Made by a program: the position numbers and the translations under genes. A stretch of DNA of 64,000 nt from contig JAUNSJ010000001.1 in the NCBI GenBank assembly GCA_030539295.1, positions 1 to 64,000 on the forward strand. Reading direction: 5' to 3'. This DNA comes from Planctomycetia bacterium. Lineage in GTDB: Bacteria; Planctomycetota; Planctomycetia; Pirellulales; Thermoguttaceae. The notes under the pieces were generated by a model. It did not search any database. It was given only the letters and a program-made list of their open reading frames with translations, and was not told the origin of the DNA. Of the stretch, positions 9,777 to 18,805 are shown piece after piece. How positions within the stretch are numbered: the first letter of the stretch is position 1; each line of letters begins with the position of its first letter.

Positions 9777-10277
9777 CGGAAACGCCAAAAAAATGTCAGC
9801 ATTTGCTCCGACTGCGTCTCAGATCACGACAGCACCTTAGACGATCGCTACACCTGCGCCACATTCTACGCCCTCAACCTCCTATTCACAGACAACTTCG
9901 CAACAAAAAGAATTTCAAGTGCCCACACCTTGACGAGAACCTTCGCCGGTCAGGTCTACGATAGAGAAGCCGGCATTATGCTCTACCGAAATCGGTATTG
10001 GCCTCGGACGCTGGGGCGGTTCGTGACAAGAGAGCCAATTGGGAATCAAGGGAAAGATATTAGTATTAATCGTTACGTTGATAACGTCCCGGTGAAGTCT
10101 ATTGAGGCGTTTGGCCTTAAGCTTCCCCGTGCTTCCAATATTTTTTACCAATCCTTGACTGCTTCGCGTCAGCGTTCCTCCCCTTTGGTCAAAAAGGTAT
10201 GCTTAGCACCGGCCCTGTTTATTATTTCACGTGCAACTGGTAAATGTGTTCAATCATTTAACCGAACAAAACTGTGA
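9708..10277 (+). CDS. Small protein (189 aa) containing an RHS-repeat-associated core motif followed by a ~50-aa variable C-terminal tip. Resembles an orphan polymorphic-toxin C-terminal module.
   Basis: FAGQVYDREAGIMLYRNRYWPRTLGRFVTREPIGNQGKDISINRYVDNVPVKSIEAFGL matches the RHS core consensus (..GQ.YD.E.GL.Y.RARYYDP.LGRF.S.DPIG..GG.NLY.YV.NNPVN..DP.GL). The N-terminal ~23 aa are encoded by the repeat. Confidence 0.6.
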   Translation: MKIMRCNRNTYFTRLRSLGRFPARKRQKNVSICSDCVSDHDSTLDDRYTCATFYALNLLFTDNFATKRISSAHTLTRTFAGQVYDREAGIMLYRNRYWPRTLGRFVTREPIGNQGKDISINRYVDNVPVKSIEAFGLKLPRASNIFYQSLTASRQRSSPLVKKVCLAPALFIISRATGKCVQSFNRTKL

Positions 10278-10292
10278 AGAGAAGGAAGTATC

Positions 10293-10895
10293 ATGGAAAA
10301 CGAAACCATTGAGCTTAAGGATAAAAATGGAGTCGTCCGAATTCGAATTGGTGTGTCAGAAGACGATGTGCCGGGCATTACGTTATTCGATGCGAACGCA
10401 AAGGAACGATTATCATTAAAACTTCAAAGGTTATCATCAAAAGTTGATGATGCCGGCTCACCATCTATTTACTTTTTTGGTAAAGATGGCGAAATGGCTA
10501 TCAGGCTTTGTCACAGGCCATTTAAAATTAACGATACTGAATATAACATCTCTGATATCGAAATCAGAGATCCTCATAGAGAACGAGTCCGAATGTCTTT
10601 GACTACGGGAATTACTGACCCGGAATATTCGCAGGGAGCGATAGGAGTGTATCAAAAAAACTCACTTCCTTACGCGGGGGTGGGATATCATGAAGTGGAT
10701 GGTCATTCCGGATCGGGATGCTCCATTTATTGTACCGAGCGTGGGACAGCAGGAATTCAAGTGATTGCAACTGAAACTTCGACTGATATACAACTATGCA
10801 ATCAAACGCACATTTCGTACATAAAGGATTCCAATGACTTTTCAAACGATGAAAAGACAGATGAAAACAAGAAACCAGAGAACCCAAAAGAATAA
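10293..10895 (+). CDS. Hypothetical protein (200 aa) immediately downstream of the RHS-tip ORF. Candidate cognate immunity protein.
   Basis: Position 16 nt after the toxin-tip ORF; AT-rich codon usage like the rest of the island; no known domain. Confidence 0.4.
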   Translation: MENETIELKDKNGVVRIRIGVSEDDVPGITLFDANAKERLSLKLQRLSSKVDDAGSPSIYFFGKDGEMAIRLCHRPFKINDTEYNISDIEIRDPHRERVRMSLTTGITDPEYSQGAIGVYQKNSLPYAGVGYHEVDGHSGSGCSIYCTERGTAGIQVIATETSTDIQLCNQTHISYIKDSNDFSNDEKTDENKKPENPKE

Positions 10896-11087
10896 ACACA
10901 AAGGGCAGACAACCGTTCAAAACTCCAGATTCATATTGGAATAAAGCGAAAGAGATGGGACTAGAGCGATCATGGAAGAATACCTTTGCTCTTTTAAGTT
11001 TAATAAAGAGACAAGCAAGTGCCTGGTGACCAACGTGGTCAAACAATCGAATTCTTCCACTTAATTTATGAGTATTAGGACAGAAAT

Positions 11088-11822
11088 ATGAAATACCATT
11101 ACCCCAATATTAAGGATGTTAAGCTTGTGTTGAGATGTTTTTGTAAATATATTTTATATGCATTGTTTATCTATTTGTCATTATACTTTTTATTAACAAT
11201 GCCATTTTCGCACCAACCTCGTGACGTAAAACGTAATATGACATGCCGAGTATACATGTTCAGTTTTCATGAAAAACCTATACGTGGTCCTTTTACTATC
11301 ACTCCTTATTTTTCCACAGAAGGGACAGAGACCGCTTATTATTTTTTTGGAGTTTTGGATAAGTTGTTATACACCTCATTCACAAGACCTTTTTGGGATC
11401 AACCCAGACAGTATCCCCCTGCGACATTTTCAAATTCGTCAGCTCAACCGTGTGAGACATCTACGGTTAACATGTTTTCCGTTTACTTTTGCTTATTTTT
11501 TCCGCTCCTTCATCTCCTTGTTGTGTGTATGAAACACCATAAAAAGCCCAAGGCAATTGAAATCTTTTACGTATTGCAAATAATAGCCTTGTTTATTTTT
11601 ATAGTATGGACTTGGCATCTCTTTTTTTCGTGGAAAATGAATGGCATATTAGTGTATAACTATATGGCTTGCACTCTTACTCTATTTGGTATTCACGCGA
11701 CAAAAATATACAAACAACTATCTTGTAGCATTCCGAGTATGGCAATAAGCATCTGCCCTGTGCTCTTGGGATGTTATATTGGCATAGGCGAAATGATTTA
11801 CTTTGTTATAATTCATCTTTGA
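11088..11822 (+). CDS. Hypothetical multi-pass membrane protein (244 aa).
   Basis: Several hydrophobic segments (ILYALFIYLSLYFLL, FSVYFCLFFPLLHLLVV, VLQIIALFIFIVWTWHLFF). AT-rich; no family recognised. Confidence 0.4.
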   Translation: MKYHYPNIKDVKLVLRCFCKYILYALFIYLSLYFLLTMPFSHQPRDVKRNMTCRVYMFSFHEKPIRGPFTITPYFSTEGTETAYYFFGVLDKLLYTSFTRPFWDQPRQYPPATFSNSSAQPCETSTVNMFSVYFCLFFPLLHLLVVCMKHHKKPKAIEIFYVLQIIALFIFIVWTWHLFFSWKMNGILVYNYMACTLTLFGIHATKIYKQLSCSIPSMAISICPVLLGCYIGIGEMIYFVIIHL

Positions 11823-12288
11823 TAAAAAAGCTTCTCTACCAAAATCTGTGGGTAACATTTGGCTCCGGGCAGATCGCCAGGTGCGTGTTATCACGCCATT
11901 TCCAACGATTTACAGGAGCCAAAACCATAACTTTTTCTGGTTTTTGAAGACATCCCCCTTGTAATCGGTTAGGGAATAGAGTATACTTTTTATGAAAAGG
12001 AACAGACACTGCCAGGCAGCAACCTGTCAGGGACCGTCGAACCAACGAAGGGACCACCCTTCCGACGTACAATCGGAAGAGAATTACCAACAGTCGGGGA
12101 CGACTTTGTTGCTATCCCCTAAAGGAATCGCCAAAATGGTCGTGCTCGGCTATTTTGGGGAGCCATTTCCGCTCACTGTTATCCATAGTTCGTAACAGAG
12201 AGCCTTTTTTCTTTAATCTTTCAGGTTAGCATTTTTCCTGGAAAGTGCAATTAAATAAGAAGTTACGATATCCAATGGAGATAACACA

Positions 12289-13770
12289 ATGTTTTATGAA
12301 TTAACAAAGACGAGTCGACCAAGCCGTTTTTTTGGCGGCGTAATATGTGTTATCACGTTACTGATAGCATCTGGGCTTTTGGCTGATTCTTTAGAGTGCC
12401 CTCAGCCAGAGAGCTCTGAAACGAAAACGGAGGCTTCCCATTCACAAGTCGGGCAGGTTGCGAACGTTCGTGACCCCGATAATGCTTCTATCGATACAAA
12501 ACTTGACGAGGAAATACCTTGTCTTGGCAATTCGGGGGTTGTAGAGGTACTGTCAGTCTTGAACGGAGACATCTCCGTAGAAGAGGCATCAAAAATGGTA
12601 CTTCAGCGTAAGGAACAAGACAGGAAACTTATCGAACAATATATTGATCAAGATATCGCTTTTTCACTTTCCTTCGCAGTATCTGATACGAATGATGAGG
12701 ATATTAAAAAACTTGCTGGAGCAACGAAAATAGTATCTCTGGATCTTTGGAACTGCAGCCAGGTAACAGATAAAAGCCTGCCACAGATTGCAAAACTCAA
12801 GAGTTTAACGAGTCTTAACTTGGAGGGAACCTCAATTACTAAACAAGGTTTACTCACTCTGAATTTGCCAAATCTTCGCAAGCTGAATCTGAGCCGTCAA
12901 GGACGTTATTACGATGAAGATATGGTTTTTTTCACAAAAATGCCACTTCTTGAAGAATTAATTTTAACCAAAGCTTCCTTGACCGATAAGGGAGTTAGTA
13001 ATCTCGCAACACTTAAACATTTAAAATTTCTTGCGGTCGGGGATCGTCCGAAAATTAAAGGGAAATGTATGAAAGACATTGCCGGGATACAATCTCTGGA
13101 GCTTCTCGGTTTGGAGGGATGTTGCCATTTAAAAGATGCTGCATTTGCCGAGCTTGTTTCAATGCCACATCTCAAAGTCCTCTGTCTCAATTGGACACAA
13201 GTAGGAGAAGAGGCGTTCACTCATTTTGGTCGTTTTCACGCATTGGAGCAACTCAATGTCGATAGTCCTAATATTACGGACTCCTGTCTAAAATCGTTAA
13301 AATCTAGTTCACGGTTGCGAGTGCTGCATCTTCAGGGAGGAAAAATATCTGATAATGGACTTGCGGAATTGACCTCGTTGCCTGCTTTGAGAACACTTTG
13401 TATTACGAATTATTCTGACATTTCCGATGAAGGTATTCAGTGTCTCGCCAAGATACCAAGTATACATAGTATTCTCTTCGATTCTTGTGAAAACATTACA
13501 GAGTCCGGAATTTCACAACTACAGCAAAAAATCCCTGACTGTGAGGTGCGCGCCATAAAAACTTATTGGCGAGATGCCAAAAAAGAAGAACGTGTGATGA
13601 GTTCTTTCTTTGTTGTACTGGCAATTATTGTTACGATACCAGGTATGATTATCTATCTTGTTGGCTGGAAAGTAACAAATTATTTAAGAAGAAAACGCCT
13701 CGACAGTTGTTCCTGTGTGTCCCAGAGGGTCGAAAAAACGGCGGGAGAGAAGGAGAATGGAAAAGAGTGA
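12289..13770 (+). CDS. Leucine-rich-repeat (Cys-containing, RI-like LRR) protein with an N-terminal signal anchor and a C-terminal TM helix plus a short basic tail.
   Basis: Repeating LxxLxLxxC/N units (LNLEGTSITKQGLLTLNLPNLRKLNLS, LELLGLEGCCHLKDAAF, LRVLHLQGGKISDNGL...). N-terminal VICVITLLIASGLLA and C-terminal FFVVLAIIVTIPGMIIYLVGW hydrophobic segments. Confidence 0.6.
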   Translation: MFYELTKTSRPSRFFGGVICVITLLIASGLLADSLECPQPESSETKTEASHSQVGQVANVRDPDNASIDTKLDEEIPCLGNSGVVEVLSVLNGDISVEEASKMVLQRKEQDRKLIEQYIDQDIAFSLSFAVSDTNDEDIKKLAGATKIVSLDLWNCSQVTDKSLPQIAKLKSLTSLNLEGTSITKQGLLTLNLPNLRKLNLSRQGRYYDEDMVFFTKMPLLEELILTKASLTDKGVSNLATLKHLKFLAVGDRPKIKGKCMKDIAGIQSLELLGLEGCCHLKDAAFAELVSMPHLKVLCLNWTQVGEEAFTHFGRFHALEQLNVDSPNITDSCLKSLKSSSRLRVLHLQGGKISDNGLAELTSLPALRTLCITNYSDISDEGIQCLAKIPSIHSILFDSCENITESGISQLQQKIPDCEVRAIKTYWRDAKKEERVMSSFFVVLAIIVTIPGMIIYLVGWKVTNYLRRKRLDSCSCVSQRVEKTAGEKENGKE

Positions 13771-14481
13771 GTCGCGTTTTTTACTGTTTTTTTCAATCGT
13801 TCTTCGATTCCCCCTATGAAAAAACTTTGTGCTCTTCCATTGATGCGAAGTGCCCAATAATGGAACCAGACAATAAATTACGGCCGATTTTCAAACAATG
13901 CGAACACTTGCTTTTTCCCCGTTCAGACTGATCTTTTCGTCCTAACGCGGCAAGACACGAAAGGTGCAAATTGATGCCGACCAACTAAATATACCACATT
14001 GACCATACGAGATTCGGAAGCTGCCGGAGAGCGAAAGAATTCAGGGGCGTAAGAGAATGTCTGAGATCCAGAGGCCCAGTTTTGACACATTGATTTGGAA
14101 AGGAGAGGAAATTACGTATAATAAAATAAGAGGATGAGTGAGGATAATCGCTTCACTCCGCAGAAAAACCTGATTACAGGTTTCAAAATGGGGGTGATAT
14201 AAGACACTTGTACTGTAACAAATCCCCCTTTGGGAGAATAAGTATTACCCTTAATATCCTCTACGATACAACACCATTTTTTGTCCAATGAACCGGGGCC
14301 ACTTAACCCATACATCAGGCTCAAACAAGTGAATACCAGAAATCGAGCAAGGCGTGCTGCTTGCCCATTGGGCTGGCGTTTTTCATTCCTCACCCTAGCG
14401 TGCGGCTCCCATCCTCAAGCGAACGAGCATCTCCGGACGTAGTGGCCTAACAGTCCGAGGTTTGTAAAAGGAATAAGAAGA

Positions 14482-15150
14482 TCAAAGCCTCCGACCTGCT
14501 TTGAGAAAGAATTCATAGACAGGAACAATCCTTCGAAAATCCTTTAATACAGATTTTGCAAAATTATTACTGAATAATCGTTCGAAATTTTCACTCTCGG
14601 CGATCAGGCAAATGTCTCTTCGATTAAGCCACATTTTTATATCCTGCGGTTGGTCCGGGAAATGGTCCCGCTTATAGATTTCCTCTGAAATTTGAAAGAT
14701 TTTTTGTTTATTAAAAGCGGTCAGCGCGTTTCGTGACACCTCGTCTTTTTTTATAATTGAGTCGCGCAACGAATTCATGACGCAGGTTCCTGGCATATAA
14801 AACCCGCACCCGTAACTATACTTCTCCGGCGCAATTTCGAGAAAGAAACCTGGCAGGCTGTGGTCGTCCGAGGTATGCGAACGCATAAAGCACGACCAGA
14901 CACTGCGATGGAAAAGTGATTTATTGTAGCAATATCGCATGTCACGATAAATTCGTGAAACCATACGTTTCGGCTCGCAACAGAAACTCCGGTCAATGGT
15001 CAACATGGCCGGAGTCAGTTCCGCCAGGAACTGATACATCGGTTCCAGAACAAATCGCTCGTACCGGTCCTTGTGCTCCTGATACCACTGGCGACTGTTG
15101 TGTCGTGTATTGTCGTCCAAAAACTTTAACGTTTCGACAGAAAATGGCAT
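14482..15150 (-). CDS. DUF2461 / TIGR02453 family protein.
   Basis: MPFSVETLKFLDDNTRHNSRQWYQEHKDRYERFV...RIYRDMRY matches the TIGR02453 N-terminal signature. RBS AAGGAG lies 9 nt before the ATG at 15150. The upstream ORF extension is rejected because it would overlap the protease gene. Confidence 0.7.
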   Translation of the reverse strand: MPFSVETLKFLDDNTRHNSRQWYQEHKDRYERFVLEPMYQFLAELTPAMLTIDRSFCCEPKRMVSRIYRDMRYCYNKSLFHRSVWSCFMRSHTSDDHSLPGFFLEIAPEKYSYGCGFYMPGTCVMNSLRDSIIKKDEVSRNALTAFNKQKIFQISEEIYKRDHFPDQPQDIKMWLNRRDICLIAESENFERLFSNNFAKSVLKDFRRIVPVYEFFLKAGRRL

Positions 15151-15205
15151 ATGTACTGCTCCTTGTCTCCCCCCGGCTGATGAGGTCGGGGGGGACATCA
15201 TCAGG

Positions 15206-18200
15206 TCAGGACTCCCGAACGACATTCGCGTTGAGAATGCGTTCGATACGATTGGCCAGCTCACGCAAATGCGCCCTGGTGGCCGGGTCATATTCCACGG
15301 AGTCGTTCAGTTTCGCATTGATCTTTTCCGCGAGTCGCGACAGTACGTCGCGAGCAAGAGCGTTCAGTCTTGTGGCCGCCGGACCGGAGATACTAATTGT
15401 GCCACCACTAATGGTAAGGGAACTTCCGCCCGTCTGGTCAAGCGCGATCGCGGCCAGCCGTTCAAACCAGACGCGTTGCAAATTGCGACGCAGGGACGCA
15501 ATGGCCGGTTTGCGTGGCGTAAATGGTCCTTCGCCCATCTGGTCGAGTTCCTGAAAAATGGTATCGGTAAGCGACTGAACCATCTCCTCGACGGTAAAGA
15601 CATCCTGGTCAGGCTCAACCCGATAGGCGGCGTCGACCATACGACTGATTCGGCGTTGGGAGAAGAGAGCGGAGAGGAAGTCCGTTTGCCATTCGAGCAC
15701 GAGTCCATGAATATCAAGGTCGTATCGATTGGGAATCTCGCTCCCCCAATGCCGCCATCGATTCGGCGCCAGGTAGTTGAACAGTTCAGGTGGGAACTGA
15801 TACGCGGTGGGACTAAAGATTTCATCGCAAAGGAATTTAAAGGCTTCCCGCTGGTCAGCGGCGGCGACGACGGTAAAGGGCGGTCGCGCGTCCGGATCCC
15901 CCTTGAAGTCACGATTGACGTAGAGCCCGCCAATATACGGCAGTGCAAAAGCCACGCCTGTCCCGTGCCAGGAAAGGAGCATATTAAAGCGAGTCATAAG
16001 TTTATTATAGCTGTCGCCATCTTTTATGATTCGCTCATCGAGTCCAGGCAGGATCTGCTTGACCTGACTGGCACGCAGTTTACCATAAGCCAGGGGCGAA
16101 TTCCCGAGATCAAAAATATTCACCATGGGATCGGAACCGGTATAATAGAGATCCTCGTCGGTCGCGTAGTTGAACTGCGTTTCCGTCTGACGCGCAGCCA
16201 GTTTCTGCAGCTCGCTTCGTTCACTGTCTGTTCCTTTACCAAAATCTTTGTAGCCGTACTCGATAACCCAATAGTCATATTCACCAAGTTTAGTGGAATA
16301 ATACGGGCCTTGCTTCGTCCCCTTGAGGGATATGTTGACCGGCTGGTATTCCATAATAGAACCAACGTACCCGTATTCGGAGTCCTCGGAGAAATTATTA
16401 ATTTCGTCGAGCGAGTGAAGTGTACTCAATTTAAAGTTGTGTCGCAAGCCGAGTGTGTGACCAACCTCGTGCGTAACCGTAGAGGAAATTCCCTGCTGTA
16501 CCACTTTTTTCAACTCACGTTCGTAGTATTCCTTCGCGAGTTTTGCCTCTTTGGACTTTTCACTATCGTGGTCTTTTTTGCTCTCTTTATCTTCCTTTTT
16601 ATCTGTTTCGGAATCTTCGGAGTCTTTCTGGTCCTCGGACTTGGCGTCTTCGTCGGATTCGTCTTTGGGCTTGGATTCCTCGCCTTTGTCGACGTCGTCT
16701 TTATCGGAACTATCGTCGGACGCGGCGGCATCATCTTTCGATTCAGAGCTTTCGTCGGCGTCGGGAGTACCGTCGTTGTCCTTCTCTTGCGAGTCCGAAT
16801 TCGCTTCGTCCTCGTTTTTCTTGTCGTCCGCATCGGCAGATTCATCGTCTGCCTGACAGAGGTCGCCAGCGGCCATGGTCTCAAAGAACGTTGTCGCCAG
16901 TCCCATCTGCTGGGAGTAGAAAAGCGATTCGTTTACCGGCAAGCGAGGCTCATCATAGGGCGTATCGCTCTCATTAATCTGCATTATACGTTCGAAATCG
17001 CCTCCACCGATAAACTGTTGAGTCAAATCGCCCGGATTATACAGCTCAAAAGTTCGGTTCCAATGCGTAATAAACCCGACGTCCAGAAGAATATCGGCGT
17101 CCAGAATTTCTCCGGTGAGCGGATTAACACGGGTAGGGCCGATCGACAACCCGGCATTGGCCGTACTCCATCGAATCGTATTGTAGTTAATGTCTTCCGG
17201 GTCCCAGGTATCGTTATCTTCCTGCTGACGTACTTCAATCGCGTTGTAGAATCCGGCGCGTTCAAAAGCTTTATTCCACTCAAGGATCCCGTCGCGAATC
17301 GTTTTGCGATACTGATACGGGATTGTCTTTTCCAGCCAGAAGACAATGGGCTTCTTAGGCAGGGAGATATCCGAGGAACTCTCCAGTTTTTGAAGTTTCC
17401 AGCGATTGATATAGCGGACGAAATTGTCTTCCTCCTGATTCTTTGAGAAGTTCTTAACGACCGTATTGAAATATCCGACGCGTTCATCGGCCAAGCGTGG
17501 CTGATAGCCCGAGCCTGGCAGTTTACTGATTGAGTAATGGATATTGAGAGAGACGCCGCGGGAGTCCATGACTGTTTCCAACTTGCCGCCTCCGGAGTAC
17601 GTCGCCGCTACCTGAAGCTCCACGTTGTCTTTAAGCCCTTTGACTTTGGCCCAGGTCGAACGCTCACGGGCAAAGCTAAACCCTTGCAGGGCTTTGGAGG
17701 AGATCATGGGCAAGTCACTCATGAATATATTGCCTATATTAACGACGTCACCGCCCTTTGGCCCTTTGGCCACGATCGGAAGACTATATATAATAGAGTC
17801 CGTATAGGCTATGGCGAGTGCTTTTTCTTCCGGCGTGCCCGAATCCGCCTGATACCGATAATTGCGGCGCACAACCTGAATCCGGTCGTCCACTTTCCGA
17901 AACTGCCAAACCAAATCGCCATATTCATCCATATCCCACGACCAGCCACCAAGAAGCGGCAATTCGCCTATGCCTTTCGCAATCGACACGACGATGATAT
18001 AATCCGTGTTCAATTGGGAACCGGTCAATTCGGCGTAAAGTTCATCCTTCTTTTGGTGCAGTGGGATAAGACCCGGGATGGACGTGGCACCCGAAGCATA
18101 ATCTTCCAACGAGGGGAGTTTCGGCTCTTTAGCCTTCGAATCCTTTTCCTCTACGGTCGATTTCTCGTCTTCCGAGTCCGAATCGTCCGCCGCCCAAGAA

Positions 18201-18274
18201 CCGGGCGTCATCAGCGTAACGCCTAACAACATGACTAACGGGTACAAACAACGTTTCAGCATAAAAAGCCTCAA
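15206..18274 (-). CDS. Secreted zinc-dependent metalloprotease (HEXXH; the DUF5117/DUF4953 type common in Bacteroidota and PVC) with a ~120-aa acidic low-complexity insertion.
   Basis: Signal peptide MRLFMLKRCLYPLVMLLGVTLMTPGSWA. HEVGHTLGLRHN zinc-binding motif. A D/E/S/K-rich insert (DDESADADDKKNEDEANSDSQEKDNDG...KKDHDSEKSKEAK) is encoded at about 16520-16880. Confidence 0.8.
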   Translation of the reverse strand: MRLFMLKRCLYPLVMLLGVTLMTPGSWAADDSDSEDEKSTVEEKDSKAKEPKLPSLEDYASGATSIPGLIPLHQKKDELYAELTGSQLNTDYIIVVSIAKGIGELPLLGGWSWDMDEYGDLVWQFRKVDDRIQVVRRNYRYQADSGTPEEKALAIAYTDSIIYSLPIVAKGPKGGDVVNIGNIFMSDLPMISSKALQGFSFARERSTWAKVKGLKDNVELQVAATYSGGGKLETVMDSRGVSLNIHYSISKLPGSGYQPRLADERVGYFNTVVKNFSKNQEEDNFVRYINRWKLQKLESSSDISLPKKPIVFWLEKTIPYQYRKTIRDGILEWNKAFERAGFYNAIEVRQQEDNDTWDPEDINYNTIRWSTANAGLSIGPTRVNPLTGEILDADILLDVGFITHWNRTFELYNPGDLTQQFIGGGDFERIMQINESDTPYDEPRLPVNESLFYSQQMGLATTFFETMAAGDLCQADDESADADDKKNEDEANSDSQEKDNDGTPDADESSESKDDAAASDDSSDKDDVDKGEESKPKDESDEDAKSEDQKDSEDSETDKKEDKESKKDHDSEKSKEAKLAKEYYERELKKVVQQGISSTVTHEVGHTLGLRHNFKLSTLHSLDEINNFSEDSEYGYVGSIMEYQPVNISLKGTKQGPYYSTKLGEYDYWVIEYGYKDFGKGTDSERSELQKLAARQTETQFNYATDEDLYYTGSDPMVNIFDLGNSPLAYGKLRASQVKQILPGLDERIIKDGDSYNKLMTRFNMLLSWHGTGVAFALPYIGGLYVNRDFKGDPDARPPFTVVAAADQREAFKFLCDEIFSPTAYQFPPELFNYLAPNRWRHWGSEIPNRYDLDIHGLVLEWQTDFLSALFSQRRISRMVDAAYRVEPDQDVFTVEEMVQSLTDTIFQELDQMGEGPFTPRKPAIASLRRNLQRVWFERLAAIALDQTGGSSLTISGGTISISGPAATRLNALARDVLSRLAEKINAKLNDSVEYDPATRAHLRELANRIERILNANVVRES

Positions 18275-18805
18275 TTGTATGGGTTAAAGCAGGAACAGTT
18301 ACACAGGCAATTTTTCTTACAAATGGCCTAACTATCCTATTTTAACATTAAAATCGATTATTACCACTGCTAAAGGCGTAAAAATGCCCGTTTTTTCGAA
18401 AAAAACCAAAAATTTCCCCTCTCGACCCGTCCGAAAACGACTTGGCCTGCGGAGGTCCTACCGAAATTTAGCCCCTACTTCCTTCTCGCATCCCGAATCG
18501 CCGATAGAAACGCTCGTGACCTCCGACCCTGCTCGGTGATTCCTTTCCTGGACTCAAGGCATTTTGTTTATACCTGCACTGTTTATTTACTCTATATTAT
18601 ATAGAATTCGCATTTTAATCATTATTTCTTAAGATTCCCAGCAAGAGTAAGTAAAGTGCCAAGACAGAATAACCGATAAACCTGAAGTAAACAGTACAAT
18701 TGGTACAGCCATACTGTTTGTTGTGATTTGGTTGAACACGATTTTTTGTGTGCTAAATAGAAAAACAAGGAACCGTTCGGGCGATAACTCCCGAAAGATG
18801 ATTTC

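Noticed and set aside
14100-14480. 93-aa ORF (14112..14393) and a possible tRNA or att remnant at the right edge of the AT-rich island.
   Set aside because: No cloverleaf-compatible sequence. No T-loop (GTTCxAxxC) consensus found. The ORF is in low-complexity AT-rich DNA without start context.
15098-17446. 782-aa ORF on the plus strand.
   Set aside because: It lies entirely antisense to the metalloprotease gene (15206..18274), whose HEXXH motif and signal peptide make it the real gene. The antisense frame is low-complexity, an F/V/L/R-rich mirror of the acidic insert.
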